Source: a virus
Taxonomy: Duplodnaviria; Caudoviricetes
IMG/VR virus record: IMGVR_UViG_3300042973_000021
Location: 98,083 to 162,082 of that record
DNA length: 64,000 bases
Strand: one strand, 5' to 3'
The stretch's first letter is position 1; the number at the start of each line of letters is the position of its first letter. Below, piece after piece: positions 1 through 8,490 of the stretch. Below the pieces are notes generated by a model. That model saw nothing but the letters and a program-made list of their open reading frames with translations. It searched no databases and was not told the DNA's origin. Position numbers and translations under genes: made by a program.

Positions 1-452
1 GCTATACCCTTATTTCCATTGGAGTTAAAGGCGTAGAAGTTGATACTCACTCTTGCATAGACACCGGAGTACACTTCTGAACGATCAAGGATTGGATTGA
101 CGTTTCTGTCTACAATTTGTGGAGCAGTATTGCTGTTTGCATTGACAAAATAGCTGTTGGCATAAGCCTCATCATCCGGACGATCAATGTCGCCATCACG
201 CAGAGGGAGCTTGAGAACTGCTTTATTGGGAATCTTGCCACCAAATTTACCTTTGCCTTCCTCAATAGCAGCATTAACTGCTTCGTTGATAGCACTTAAG
301 GTTTTAGTATCACTCTTAGGAATAATCAGACTTACACTGTATTTTTCAGCACCGCCATTGATGGATTTAGGTTCCCAGACATTGGCATAAGAGAGTCGCA
401 CAACTCCTGTGATTACTTTCGTTGGGTTCATTCTTTTTGCTGTTTTTGACAT
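1..452 (-). CDS. DUF2815 family phage ssDNA-binding/annealing protein (truncated by window edge)
   Basis: Hand translation MSKTAKRMNPTKVITGVVRLSYANVWEPKSINGGAEKYSVS..., closely similar to 30306..30854. Confidence 0.85.
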   Translation of the reverse strand, partial: MSKTAKRMNPTKVITGVVRLSYANVWEPKSINGGAEKYSVSLIIPKSDTKTLSAINEAVNAAIEEGKGKFGGKIPNKAVLKLPLRDGDIDRPDDEAYANSYFVNANSNTAPQIVDRNVNPILDRSEVYSGVYARVSINFYAFNSNGNKGI

Positions 453-456
453 AGTT

Positions 457-1584
457 TTATACCTCCATAAAATCATTTTTTGCTGATGATGTGTTCATTT
501 CAGGACGCTTGTCGGAAACTGGTACTAGCGTCGGTTTGCCTGGTGGCTTCATAATTAGTCCACCAAGGACTTCATTAAATTTTGTCTTGCCCATCAATTT
601 CTCCATTTCAGTAATAGTGATGAGACTTTGCTTGTATATGTCGGGATAACCTGCGTTCTTTGCTGCTTCTGCGACCGCTTCTTCATCTTTGTATTTACGG
701 TTGGAACGGCCTTCGACTACTTTAAAGCCAGGCCACTTCTTTCCATGATTAACCGCTGCATCTGTCGCATATGCTATAATCTCATTTGCCCAGCTGGTGA
801 GATCACCGATAGAAGATAGAATGTCAGCAATTTCTTCATCTGATAAAAGTGGCGGTAGCGCAAACTCAAATGTAGCCAGTTTCATTTTTGCTTCTGCTCT
901 TGATCTACATTTCACTGCTGCTCGACAAAATTGACACCATTCTCCAGGGCAGTAGTTTCCGTCACCAGCGAAGGCCAGTTCAGCTTTAGGCTTCAAAACT
1001 TCTTCAGCCCACTGATATAAGCTTTCTTTTGAGACTGTGGACGTGCTGACATTTTCACGACGGGGCTGATAGATTGTCATTGAAACCATCTCGATGTCAT
1101 AAATACCATCAAAGAGATCCAGTGCACCAAGGGCATATAGTTTCATTTGAGGATTGTCCTCTGCGCTGACCAAGACACCCTGACCATACTTAAAATCAAT
1201 AATGTGAAGAGTTCCGTCAGCGATAATTACACAATCCCCGGTTCCAAAGCCATCAGGCACATACTTTGAAAAATCAAGCTGCTGTTCTATCAAGATCAAG
1301 GGATCACTACAGGCCTGCTTGGCTTGCGCAATCACTTCAAGCACAAACTCCACGTAACCATCGGTGTAATTGTCCATCTCAACTGAGTCATATGGAGAAA
1401 CCGGCTTTTTTGATCTCATCCTAAGTGCCTTGCGGAGCTTGTGTTCACTTAACGCATGGGCAGCTGTGCCTTCAGCTGCAGCTTCACCGCTGTTGTCGTC
1501 AAACTCCAGCTCCAACCTCGCTGATGGTGTACAGTTCATCCAGCGATGGGCTCCAGATGCAGAGAGAATTGCATGTTTACTCAT
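457..1584 (-). CDS. DUF2800 family PD-(D/E)xK (Cas4-like) phage nuclease
   Basis: HAILSAS, EGTAAH, GTGD..IIDFKYG motifs, C-terminal WCxFC; paralog of 30835..31995. Confidence 0.85.
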   Translation of the reverse strand: MSKHAILSASGAHRWMNCTPSARLELEFDDNSGEAAAEGTAAHALSEHKLRKALRMRSKKPVSPYDSVEMDNYTDGYVEFVLEVIAQAKQACSDPLILIEQQLDFSKYVPDGFGTGDCVIIADGTLHIIDFKYGQGVLVSAEDNPQMKLYALGALDLFDGIYDIEMVSMTIYQPRRENVSTSTVSKESLYQWAEEVLKPKAELAFAGDGNYCPGEWCQFCRAAVKCRSRAEAKMKLATFEFALPPLLSDEEIADILSSIGDLTSWANEIIAYATDAAVNHGKKWPGFKVVEGRSNRKYKDEEAVAEAAKNAGYPDIYKQSLITITEMEKLMGKTKFNEVLGGLIMKPPGKPTLVPVSDKRPEMNTSSAKNDFMEV

Positions 1585-1907
1585 TTCAATCCCTCCGCAT
1601 CGGCAAGAAGTGCAGCATACTTGCTTGGATCAATCTGGCTGAGTTTTGATGCACCATACTTTTCTAGAAGTGCTCTTACTTCAGCTGTAAATCCGTCATG
1701 GCTTTTTTCTGCAAGTACCGCCCTTACTTCTTCTAAAGTGAGCTGCTTTTCTTCAGATTGTTTTTCAGGCTTTGGTTGCTCTGGCTTTGTAATCTCATGA
1801 GGCCCATTACTTGCTATTGCATCAGCTACAGCCTGAACACTATCTGCCAGAGCTCTAAGATCTGACACCACATCGAGAAGGAGCTTAATCTTACTCATGA
1901 CCCACAC
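1581..1907 (-). CDS. Conserved phage protein upstream of DUF2800
   Basis: LEEVRAVLAEKS..KLSQIDPSKY motif; homolog of 31997..32377. Confidence 0.75.
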   Translation of the reverse strand: MWVMSKIKLLLDVVSDLRALADSVQAVADAIASNGPHEITKPEQPKPEKQSEEKQLTLEEVRAVLAEKSHDGFTAEVRALLEKYGASKLSQIDPSKYAALLADAEGLK

Positions 1908-2100
1908 CTCCTTCCTTGATTTCCTTTATTTCTACCGTCTCAACTGAGTCACCGGGAGTAATTACAAGCAGACTGACTTTCTTTCCAAATAGGAAATCAA
2001 GCATTCTCGCTCGGATTGTCTTCCGACTGCTTTGAATTACTGAGCTTCTTTCGCCACCGGGCCTTGCCACATTGATTGTAACTTTGTGTTTAAGGTTCAT
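1891..2100 (-). CDS. Small conserved phage early protein
   Basis: AAAGGAG RBS; homolog of 32349..32564 (KHK...LFG.K..V.V..PGD.V). Confidence 0.75.
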   Translation of the reverse strand: MNLKHKVTINVARPGGERSSVIQSSRKTIRARMLDFLFGKKVSLLVITPGDSVETVEIKEIKEGGVGHE

Positions 2101-2199
2101 ATTCCATCTCCTTTCTGGGGGCGATTTATCTGCCCCTCACCGATAAGCGAAAAAGAGAGTTCTTTCGAACCCCCTTTTCAGAAAAGATTTTTTTATAAA

Positions 2200-4163
2200 G
2201 GGGCTGTTGCACTAAGCATATATTTATGCCTTAGTGCAGGGGCCCTTTTTTCTTGTTTGTAAAAGGCCCGACCGAGGAAATTGTTTTTTCCTTCCGGTCA
2301 GGCCTTTTAGGGTATACTTCTCCCTTCTTAAGGAAACGTTTCTTTTTTACTATGCTGTTTTTAACGGATAGAGATGTTCTCCTAACCTACCGCTTTGGAT
2401 CCTGCGGTGGAAATGATCAATATTTTGGGAGATTGCCATTAGAACACTCTCTGCATACACGTTTTCCTTTCCACGTGTCAGAAATCTTCGGAAGCCGCGA
2501 TCTTCTTTCAGCGTTGCAAAAGCGCCCTCTGCCTGAATAGTCCGGTTCATCCGCAGCATTGTACCTTCCTCGCTTGTAATATTCCGCAGACTTTTCAGAC
2601 GCTGTCTTTCAAATTTTCGGGATACATTCAGTTTTTTGAAGCGCTCTTCCTCTGGTGTTTTCCAGTTCCGCCCTTTGATACAATCGGCTTTCCACGGACA
2701 TCCTTTACAGTTATGGCACTGATAGGTGGTGACCATTTGAACGTAGCCATCTTTTTTCTTTCGGCGGTACATACCAAACGGATAAAGCCTGTATCCGCCC
2801 CGGCATGTGTAGAAATCACCATCGTAGTTGTAATCCATGTTTTCACGCCGGCTGATGTCCTTCTGGAATTTCCTGCTTTTAGAGATTTCGTAGTTGGAAG
2901 GCTTGATCATAGCACGTATTCCATGATCCTCAAGATAAGTGTAATTCCGTTCACTCTCATAACCTGAATCCGCGACAACGGTTTCATATTGGAATTTCAA
3001 GGCACGTCTCATGGAAGTCAGAAACGGAACAAGCGTCCTTGTATCTGTTGGATTCGGTGTTATGCTCAGCCATGAGATATAGCCGGAATCCACTCCAAAC
3101 TGCAGATTGTAGCCAGGCTTCAACTGACCATTTCTCATGTAATCTTCTTTCATCCGCATAAAGGTAGCATCATGATCGGTCTTGGAATAACTGTTTCTGG
3201 AACCGCAGATATGACACTTCTGGATATACTCTGTCAGCTTTTTGCGGTAAGCTCGTAGTGTTTCAAGGTCCCGCTGAAGCTGTGTTTTCCGATGACCTGC
3301 TCCATGAACAAACTGAATGCCTTCCTCCCTCTTGATTCTGCACAGTTTTCGTTCAATTTGTTTCAGATGATGACGATGCAGCAGACCATGCCAGATTGGC
3401 TTTAAACCATATCGATTCACAAGGCTCTCAACCAGCGCTGCTGTCTTATCCATTAGTCTGCGCATATTTTTCGTTGTCGACTTTTTCCAGACAAAGGTAT
3501 ATTTGTTAGCATTTGCTTCAATTTTCGTTCCATCGATAAAAATTTCCTTTCCACTGATTTCACCGTTCTTCTGAAGGAATCTGGTGAACTGGGCCATCAG
3601 ATTCCGGGCGCATGGTCCGAAGTGAAGGGTACGGAAACGGGCAATGGTGGAATAATCCGGAACAGGTTTCCCCTGGAGCAGATACATGAAATTGATATCA
3701 CGACAGCATGCGGTTTCAATTTTTCTGGACGAATAAATTCCTTCATGATAAGCATAGAGAAGGATAGACAGCATCTGTGCCGGAGAGGCCTGATCTTCAT
3801 GCAGACGAGCGTAAGTAGCATAGAGCTGCTTTAGATCTAACTGACATATGATCTGACGGAACAGTCTCACGCTGTCATTGTCAGGAATGATTGTACTTAA
3901 TTCAATGGGTAACTTCAGTTGATATGGTTGTTCGTTAGATGTATAATTTTCTCGTAAAATATTGTTTTGTTTCATATTTATATTTTACCATTTTTCCCAT
4001 GTCACAATGGCATGGGAAAACATGTTTTTTGTAGTATTTTATAACCATAATCATTGAAATTCCAACGAAATATCAAAATGAAAGTTTAACAGTTAAGAGC
4101 TAGAATAGCGAAAGCGGGGGCCATTGCCCCAAGTCAGTTTCCCTAACTTAGTGCAACAGCCCC
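2200..4163 (-). mobile_element. IS1182-family insertion sequence
   Basis: Perfect 17-bp terminal IRs GGGGCTGTTGCACTAAG (2200-2216) / CTTAGTGCAACAGCCCC (4147-4163); AA on both flanks. Confidence 0.9.
2350..3975 (-). CDS. IS1182-family DDE transposase
   Basis: SSRKIE, PDYSTIARFR, IDGTKIEANA, SKTDHDATFM, ADSGY, EGAF motifs. Confidence 0.92.
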   Translation of the reverse strand: MKQNNILRENYTSNEQPYQLKLPIELSTIIPDNDSVRLFRQIICQLDLKQLYATYARLHEDQASPAQMLSILLYAYHEGIYSSRKIETACCRDINFMYLLQGKPVPDYSTIARFRTLHFGPCARNLMAQFTRFLQKNGEISGKEIFIDGTKIEANANKYTFVWKKSTTKNMRRLMDKTAALVESLVNRYGLKPIWHGLLHRHHLKQIERKLCRIKREEGIQFVHGAGHRKTQLQRDLETLRAYRKKLTEYIQKCHICGSRNSYSKTDHDATFMRMKEDYMRNGQLKPGYNLQFGVDSGYISWLSITPNPTDTRTLVPFLTSMRRALKFQYETVVADSGYESERNYTYLEDHGIRAMIKPSNYEISKSRKFQKDISRRENMDYNYDGDFYTCRGGYRLYPFGMYRRKKKDGYVQMVTTYQCHNCKGCPWKADCIKGRNWKTPEEERFKKLNVSRKFERQRLKSLRNITSEEGTMLRMNRTIQAEGAFATLKEDRGFRRFLTRGKENVYAESVLMAISQNIDHFHRRIQSGRLGEHLYPLKTA

Positions 4164-4165
4164 AA

Positions 4166-4660
4166 TTAGGATAGAATTTTTCTAAGTCTTTCTTGAAGCT
4201 TCTTAAGGCGACCACGAATAGCCGCTTCTGTAACACCTTCTTCTGTTGCAATATCAGTGTTGGATCGTTTTTCAAGGTATACTTTTTTGAAGAGTTCTTT
4301 TTGTTGTGGTAAAAGACACTCCATTGCCTTGGTTAACTTGTCCAGCATATCTTGATGTTCAGCCTCATCTTCTGCTTGTATAATTAGCTGTTCTGGATTC
4401 GCAGTATCATCTGCAAGATACTTATTGCGGTCATTTGCCGCTTCCTCTTCGCCATCATGATAAGCATCCAGATGTGTTGTCACTCGATAATCGTACCGGC
4501 GCTGCTCGTCCACTTCGTCATCATCCATAGTATGTAAAAGCTCGATATCAGCTTCGGTGACTCCATCTTCACCTGGGGTAATCACAATCTTTGTTCCTTC
4601 AGCAGTGTAATAAATGTAGTTAGTTCTCTTCTTTTTACTTGTTTTGTACGCTCTTTTCAT
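4166..4660 (-). CDS. Phage sigma-70 region 4 / ECF-like sigma factor
   Basis: C-terminal L..QQKELF...IATEEGVTEAAIRGRL HTH; same position as 61990..62505 in prophage 2. Confidence 0.75.
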   Translation of the reverse strand: MKRAYKTSKKKRTNYIYYTAEGTKIVITPGEDGVTEADIELLHTMDDDEVDEQRRYDYRVTTHLDAYHDGEEEAANDRNKYLADDTANPEQLIIQAEDEAEHQDMLDKLTKAMECLLPQQKELFKKVYLEKRSNTDIATEEGVTEAAIRGRLKKLQERLRKILS

Positions 4661-4830
4661 AATTTGACTCCTTTGGTTTTCAAAATTTGGCTTTGAAAAA
4701 TCCGCAGGAGCCGGTTTTCTTTTATCCGCAGAGCAGAAAAAAAAGACGGGCAGGAAACACTTTCAAAGTGTTTATCCTGTCCGTCTAGCGGCTCTGCGGA
4801 TTATTTCGTATAATTGCTTGATTACTAGTC

Positions 4831-4980
4831 TTAAACTGCCTCAGAGTTAATAACTTTCATGGTGCCATCTTCCATGAACTGAATAACGGTCTTAAACCCT
4901 CTCTGAACAATTTCAACTATTTTATTTGAAGCATCTGCTCGACAAACTGTCTTACCATTACCATTCTTAATCACTTCCAT
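4831..4980 (-). CDS. 49-aa small protein upstream of the sigma gene (not in ORF track)
   Basis: GGAGGTG RBS; MEVIKNGNGKTVCRADASNKIVEIVQRGFKTVIQFMEDGTMKVINSEAV*. Confidence 0.65.
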   Translation of the reverse strand: MEVIKNGNGKTVCRADASNKIVEIVQRGFKTVIQFMEDGTMKVINSEAV

Positions 4981-5230
4981 GCCCTCACCTCCGTTTCACT
5001 TAATAAAGATAATTTGTTTTTATTCGCGCAGTATATTGATGCGTTCGCAAATATAAAATTGAAATTTGCGAAAATACGTGATATAATTGTAAAAAGTTGT
5101 GTACATTACAGATGGACTGTACAGTGTCAACTTCCTTTGAAACAATTGTAGTAAAAATAAAAAAACCATCTCTAACAGATGGGTACAGATGGATACAACC
5201 GGATACAAAGCATGAAGGAGGTAATTTCTA

Positions 5231-6385
5231 TTGATATTGACATTTAGCGAATTCGCACAAATCCTGTTGCCCATATTAGGTTCTGGGGCAAATACTGCAG
5301 AATTTACTAAAGAGTTGTTCTCTAATATCACTACTTTTCCAGATGATATGGATGGAGATTACAACCCTATTCATGACGTTACAAGTTCAGCTCTAAAAAG
5401 CTATTTTAATGGCACTAGGCCTATTTCATCTATGGCGAAAAAAATTAATAAATACATAGATATAGATAAGTTTGAGAACTATATTAATTCGGCAAATGAA
5501 GACGCTCAAAGCTCCTTAGGTAGTAAACTTTCGGAGTATTTTCCAGACATTAATGCGTTCAATACGCCTGAAAAGTGCGCTAAAATTTTCAAAGATATTC
5601 TTATTGAAAGTGCAACACCAGGAAAAAACAAAAAAGCCACTTCTACCTCAAGTAAAAGTGGCCAATTAATAAGTGTTGACGTTCTAAAAAATGAATTTGG
5701 TCTACGTCTAATTTTAGAGTCAAATGGTATTTGCCCCAACGATAATTGCTATCAACCTCTGTATGTTACGAGCAACAATGGTAAGACAGCAGCTAATTAC
5801 GAAATTGCTCAAATCGATCCAAAATTGAAACCTGATAGCTATGAAAACCTTATTGCTTTGTGTCCAAAATGTAAAAATAAGTATTTGTTATCTCCAAGTC
5901 AAGATGATATTAAACGCATGGCAGATATTAAAAGACATCTTATGCTAGAAGCTAATGCTATTGAAGCTTTGGCTGATTCAAAGATAGAAGAGGGCGTAAA
6001 TAGAGTTTTAAGAAAAATAAGCACTACTCCATTCACAGAATTGATTCCTTTAAACTACGATCCAGTTGAAGTAAAAAGAAAGATTAAGAGAGACAATGTC
6101 CCTCTTTTTATCAAAATTCAAAGCAGTGTTAATATCTACTATCTTTATGTTGAGAATTTATTTCAACAGTTGAGTAAAGAAGGTCAATTACGGTTTGAGC
6201 CATTCTCCATGCAAGTGAAATTAAATTACTGGAATCTACGTGATCAGGGTTTATCACAATCTGATATCTATTATAAATTAGTTGATTGGCTTGCTAAAAA
6301 CACAAATGAAAGTAAAGAACCGTGCGAAGTGATTATTTCATATTTCGTACAGAAGTGCGAGGTGTTCGATGTTATTGCCGAATAA
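5231..6385 (+). CDS. lmuA: Lamassu/ABC-three-component effector: N-terminal putative DNA-binding domain, degenerate HNH, C-terminal ABC-3C CTD
   Basis: CPNDNC...YEIAQID...NLIALCPKC zinc/HNH scaffold; C-terminal IISYFVQKCEVF; operon with small middle gene and SMC-like ATPase. Confidence 0.7.
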   Translation: MILTFSEFAQILLPILGSGANTAEFTKELFSNITTFPDDMDGDYNPIHDVTSSALKSYFNGTRPISSMAKKINKYIDIDKFENYINSANEDAQSSLGSKLSEYFPDINAFNTPEKCAKIFKDILIESATPGKNKKATSTSSKSGQLISVDVLKNEFGLRLILESNGICPNDNCYQPLYVTSNNGKTAANYEIAQIDPKLKPDSYENLIALCPKCKNKYLLSPSQDDIKRMADIKRHLMLEANAIEALADSKIEEGVNRVLRKISTTPFTELIPLNYDPVEVKRKIKRDNVPLFIKIQSSVNIYYLYVENLFQQLSKEGQLRFEPFSMQVKLNYWNLRDQGLSQSDIYYKLVDWLAKNTNESKEPCEVIISYFVQKCEVFDVIAE

Positions 6386-6596
6386 AATTTTCACATATAA
6401 CGAAAGTATATTGTCTAAATTCCCTTTTGTCCTTAAAGAACTGTCAATTTCTCCACAATCAGTAATAACTCTTTACATGAAGATGCGGCCTCTGATATCT
6501 GATGTGGGCGAATATATAGAAATCCTCGATTCTCTTTATGCATTACAGAAGATTGAATACGACGAAGATCGAGAGGTGTTGATATATGTTAGTTGA
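6369..6596 (+). CDS. lmuC: ABC-three-component middle component (LmuC-like)
   Basis: 75 aa MLLPNK...LDSLYAL; overlaps both neighbours. Confidence 0.7.
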   Translation: MLLPNKIFTYNESILSKFPFVLKELSISPQSVITLYMKMRPLISDVGEYIEILDSLYALQKIEYDEDREVLIYVS

Positions 6597-8238
6597 AATA
6601 CATTGTGATGAATTTATGTCCTATGGAAAACCCCGAAAACCTATCATTTTCCATGAAGGACTTAATACTGTGCTCGGCGGCCAATCAGCAGATAATTCTA
6701 TTGGTAAATCTACGTTCCTTCTAATCATAGATTATGTTTTTGGAGGCGATACTTACAAGTATTCAGATGCTGCACACAAACTGAAAAACCACTTTATTAA
6801 ATTTGCTTTTAAGTTTGATAATCAACACTATTATTTTTGTAGAGATATTGTTGACAGTGAGGAGGTTTCTGTTTGCGATAAAAACTATAATATTCAAAAA
6901 ACTATACCACTTCAGGAGTTTAAAGATTTTCTATTTTCAAAATACAATATTAATCTTCCTCATGTTACTTTTAGAGATGTTGTCGGACGCTATTTCAGAA
7001 TTTACGGTAAAGATAATCATTCTGAGAAAAAGCCTCTCCACTCAACCAGCTCAGAACCAGCTGAAAAGGCAATCACTGCTTTAGAAAAACTTTTTAATGT
7101 TTTTGATAGAATTCAAGAATATAAAACGGTTGAGTCAATGAAGAAAGATAAGTTTGCAACATTTAAAAAGGCAAGGAAATTTGAGCTTTTGCCCTTCTCA
7201 ATTACAACAAAACGTCAGTATAAAGAAAATGAAAAGGAAATTGCAAGATTACGGGAAGCTTTAGTTAATCTCACAGAACAAATAGACAAAGATTTATCAC
7301 ATGATGATCTAGTCCATGCGGAAGAAGCGTCAGCCATAAAAGCTGAAATAACCTCTATTAAGAGGCAGAGAAGCAGACTATTATCTCAACTTAAAGTTGT
7401 AACAAAAAACTTGAGTGGCGAACGCGTTATATCTGAAAGCGATATAGTTGAATTAGCGCAATTCTTTCCAGAGGCGGATATAAGAAAAATTAAAGATATT
7501 AACAGATTTCATGGTAAGATGCAGCAAATATTAAGCGACGAAATGACTGAAGAGGCGGAAAGATTGCGGGTATTAATTGAGTCTACTGAAATAGAAATAT
7601 CTAGACTTGAAGATGATTTACGGAAACTTGGTATTCCTGCTAATCTTTCAAAGCGTTTTTTAGAAAATTATTCAGAAATAGAACGAAAAATCAATATGCT
7701 GGAAGCACAAAATAGTGCCTATATTAATTCAACTAATCTAAAGGAGGAGGTAAAAATAGCCTCTGAAAATCTTAGAATAGCCCAAGAAAAAGAACTGCGT
7801 TTTATAGAGAGCGAAATTAATGAGCAGATGGTCCGTTTCAATGATTTTATTTATGATGAAACCCGTAAGGCTCCTGTTATTGATTTGGATAATGGAAAGA
7901 GATATGAATTTTACACTCCTGATGATACCGGTACGGGGACTTCATTTAAAAGCCTTATTATTTTTGACTTGAGCATTCTTAAATTAACTCCACTACCTGC
8001 TATTGCTCACGATTCTCTAATTTTTAAAAACATAGGTGATGCTCCGATTGACAAGATAATGGAGTTGTACATGCAAAGTAAAAAACAGATTTTCATCTCT
8101 CTTGATAAAGATGGTGCTTACTCTGAAAAAACAAGGTCTATACTTAACAAAACAGCCGTATTGCATCTTAATGAAGGCGGCGATGAATTATTTGGTCGCT
8201 CTTGGAACAAAAAAGATTCGACCCAAGGAGGCTTATAA
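6586..8238 (+). CDS. lmuB: DUF2326 SMC-like ABC ATPase (short Lamassu LmuB-like)
   Basis: Walker A NSIGKST, long coiled coil, signature GTGTSF, Walker B IAHDS. Confidence 0.8.
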   Translation: MLVEIHCDEFMSYGKPRKPIIFHEGLNTVLGGQSADNSIGKSTFLLIIDYVFGGDTYKYSDAAHKLKNHFIKFAFKFDNQHYYFCRDIVDSEEVSVCDKNYNIQKTIPLQEFKDFLFSKYNINLPHVTFRDVVGRYFRIYGKDNHSEKKPLHSTSSEPAEKAITALEKLFNVFDRIQEYKTVESMKKDKFATFKKARKFELLPFSITTKRQYKENEKEIARLREALVNLTEQIDKDLSHDDLVHAEEASAIKAEITSIKRQRSRLLSQLKVVTKNLSGERVISESDIVELAQFFPEADIRKIKDINRFHGKMQQILSDEMTEEAERLRVLIESTEIEISRLEDDLRKLGIPANLSKRFLENYSEIERKINMLEAQNSAYINSTNLKEEVKIASENLRIAQEKELRFIESEINEQMVRFNDFIYDETRKAPVIDLDNGKRYEFYTPDDTGTGTSFKSLIIFDLSILKLTPLPAIAHDSLIFKNIGDAPIDKIMELYMQSKKQIFISLDKDGAYSEKTRSILNKTAVLHLNEGGDELFGRSWNKKDSTQGGL

Positions 8239-8450
8239 TGTATATAAGTTATAACAAACTATGGAAGCTGCTAATTGACAAAAATATGAATAAGCAAGAT
8301 CTAAAAAAACTTAGCGGTGTTAGTTCTGCCTCTATTGCAAAACTAGGTAAAGGCGAAAACATCACTACAGATGTATTAGTTAAAATCTGTAAAGCACTTG
8401 ATTGTGATATCACAGATATTATGGAGTTAATTCACGAAGAGAAGAAATGA
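8238..8450 (+). CDS. Xre/Cro HTH regulator (HTH_26-like)
   Basis: MYISYNKLWKLLIDK...SIAKLGKGENIT; GGAGG RBS; start overlaps the lmuB stop. Confidence 0.85.
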   Translation: MYISYNKLWKLLIDKNMNKQDLKKLSGVSSASIAKLGKGENITTDVLVKICKALDCDITDIMELIHEEKK

Positions 8451-8490
8451 ACATTCAACAACAAAGAAATATGGAAAGGAAGCGTTTTAT

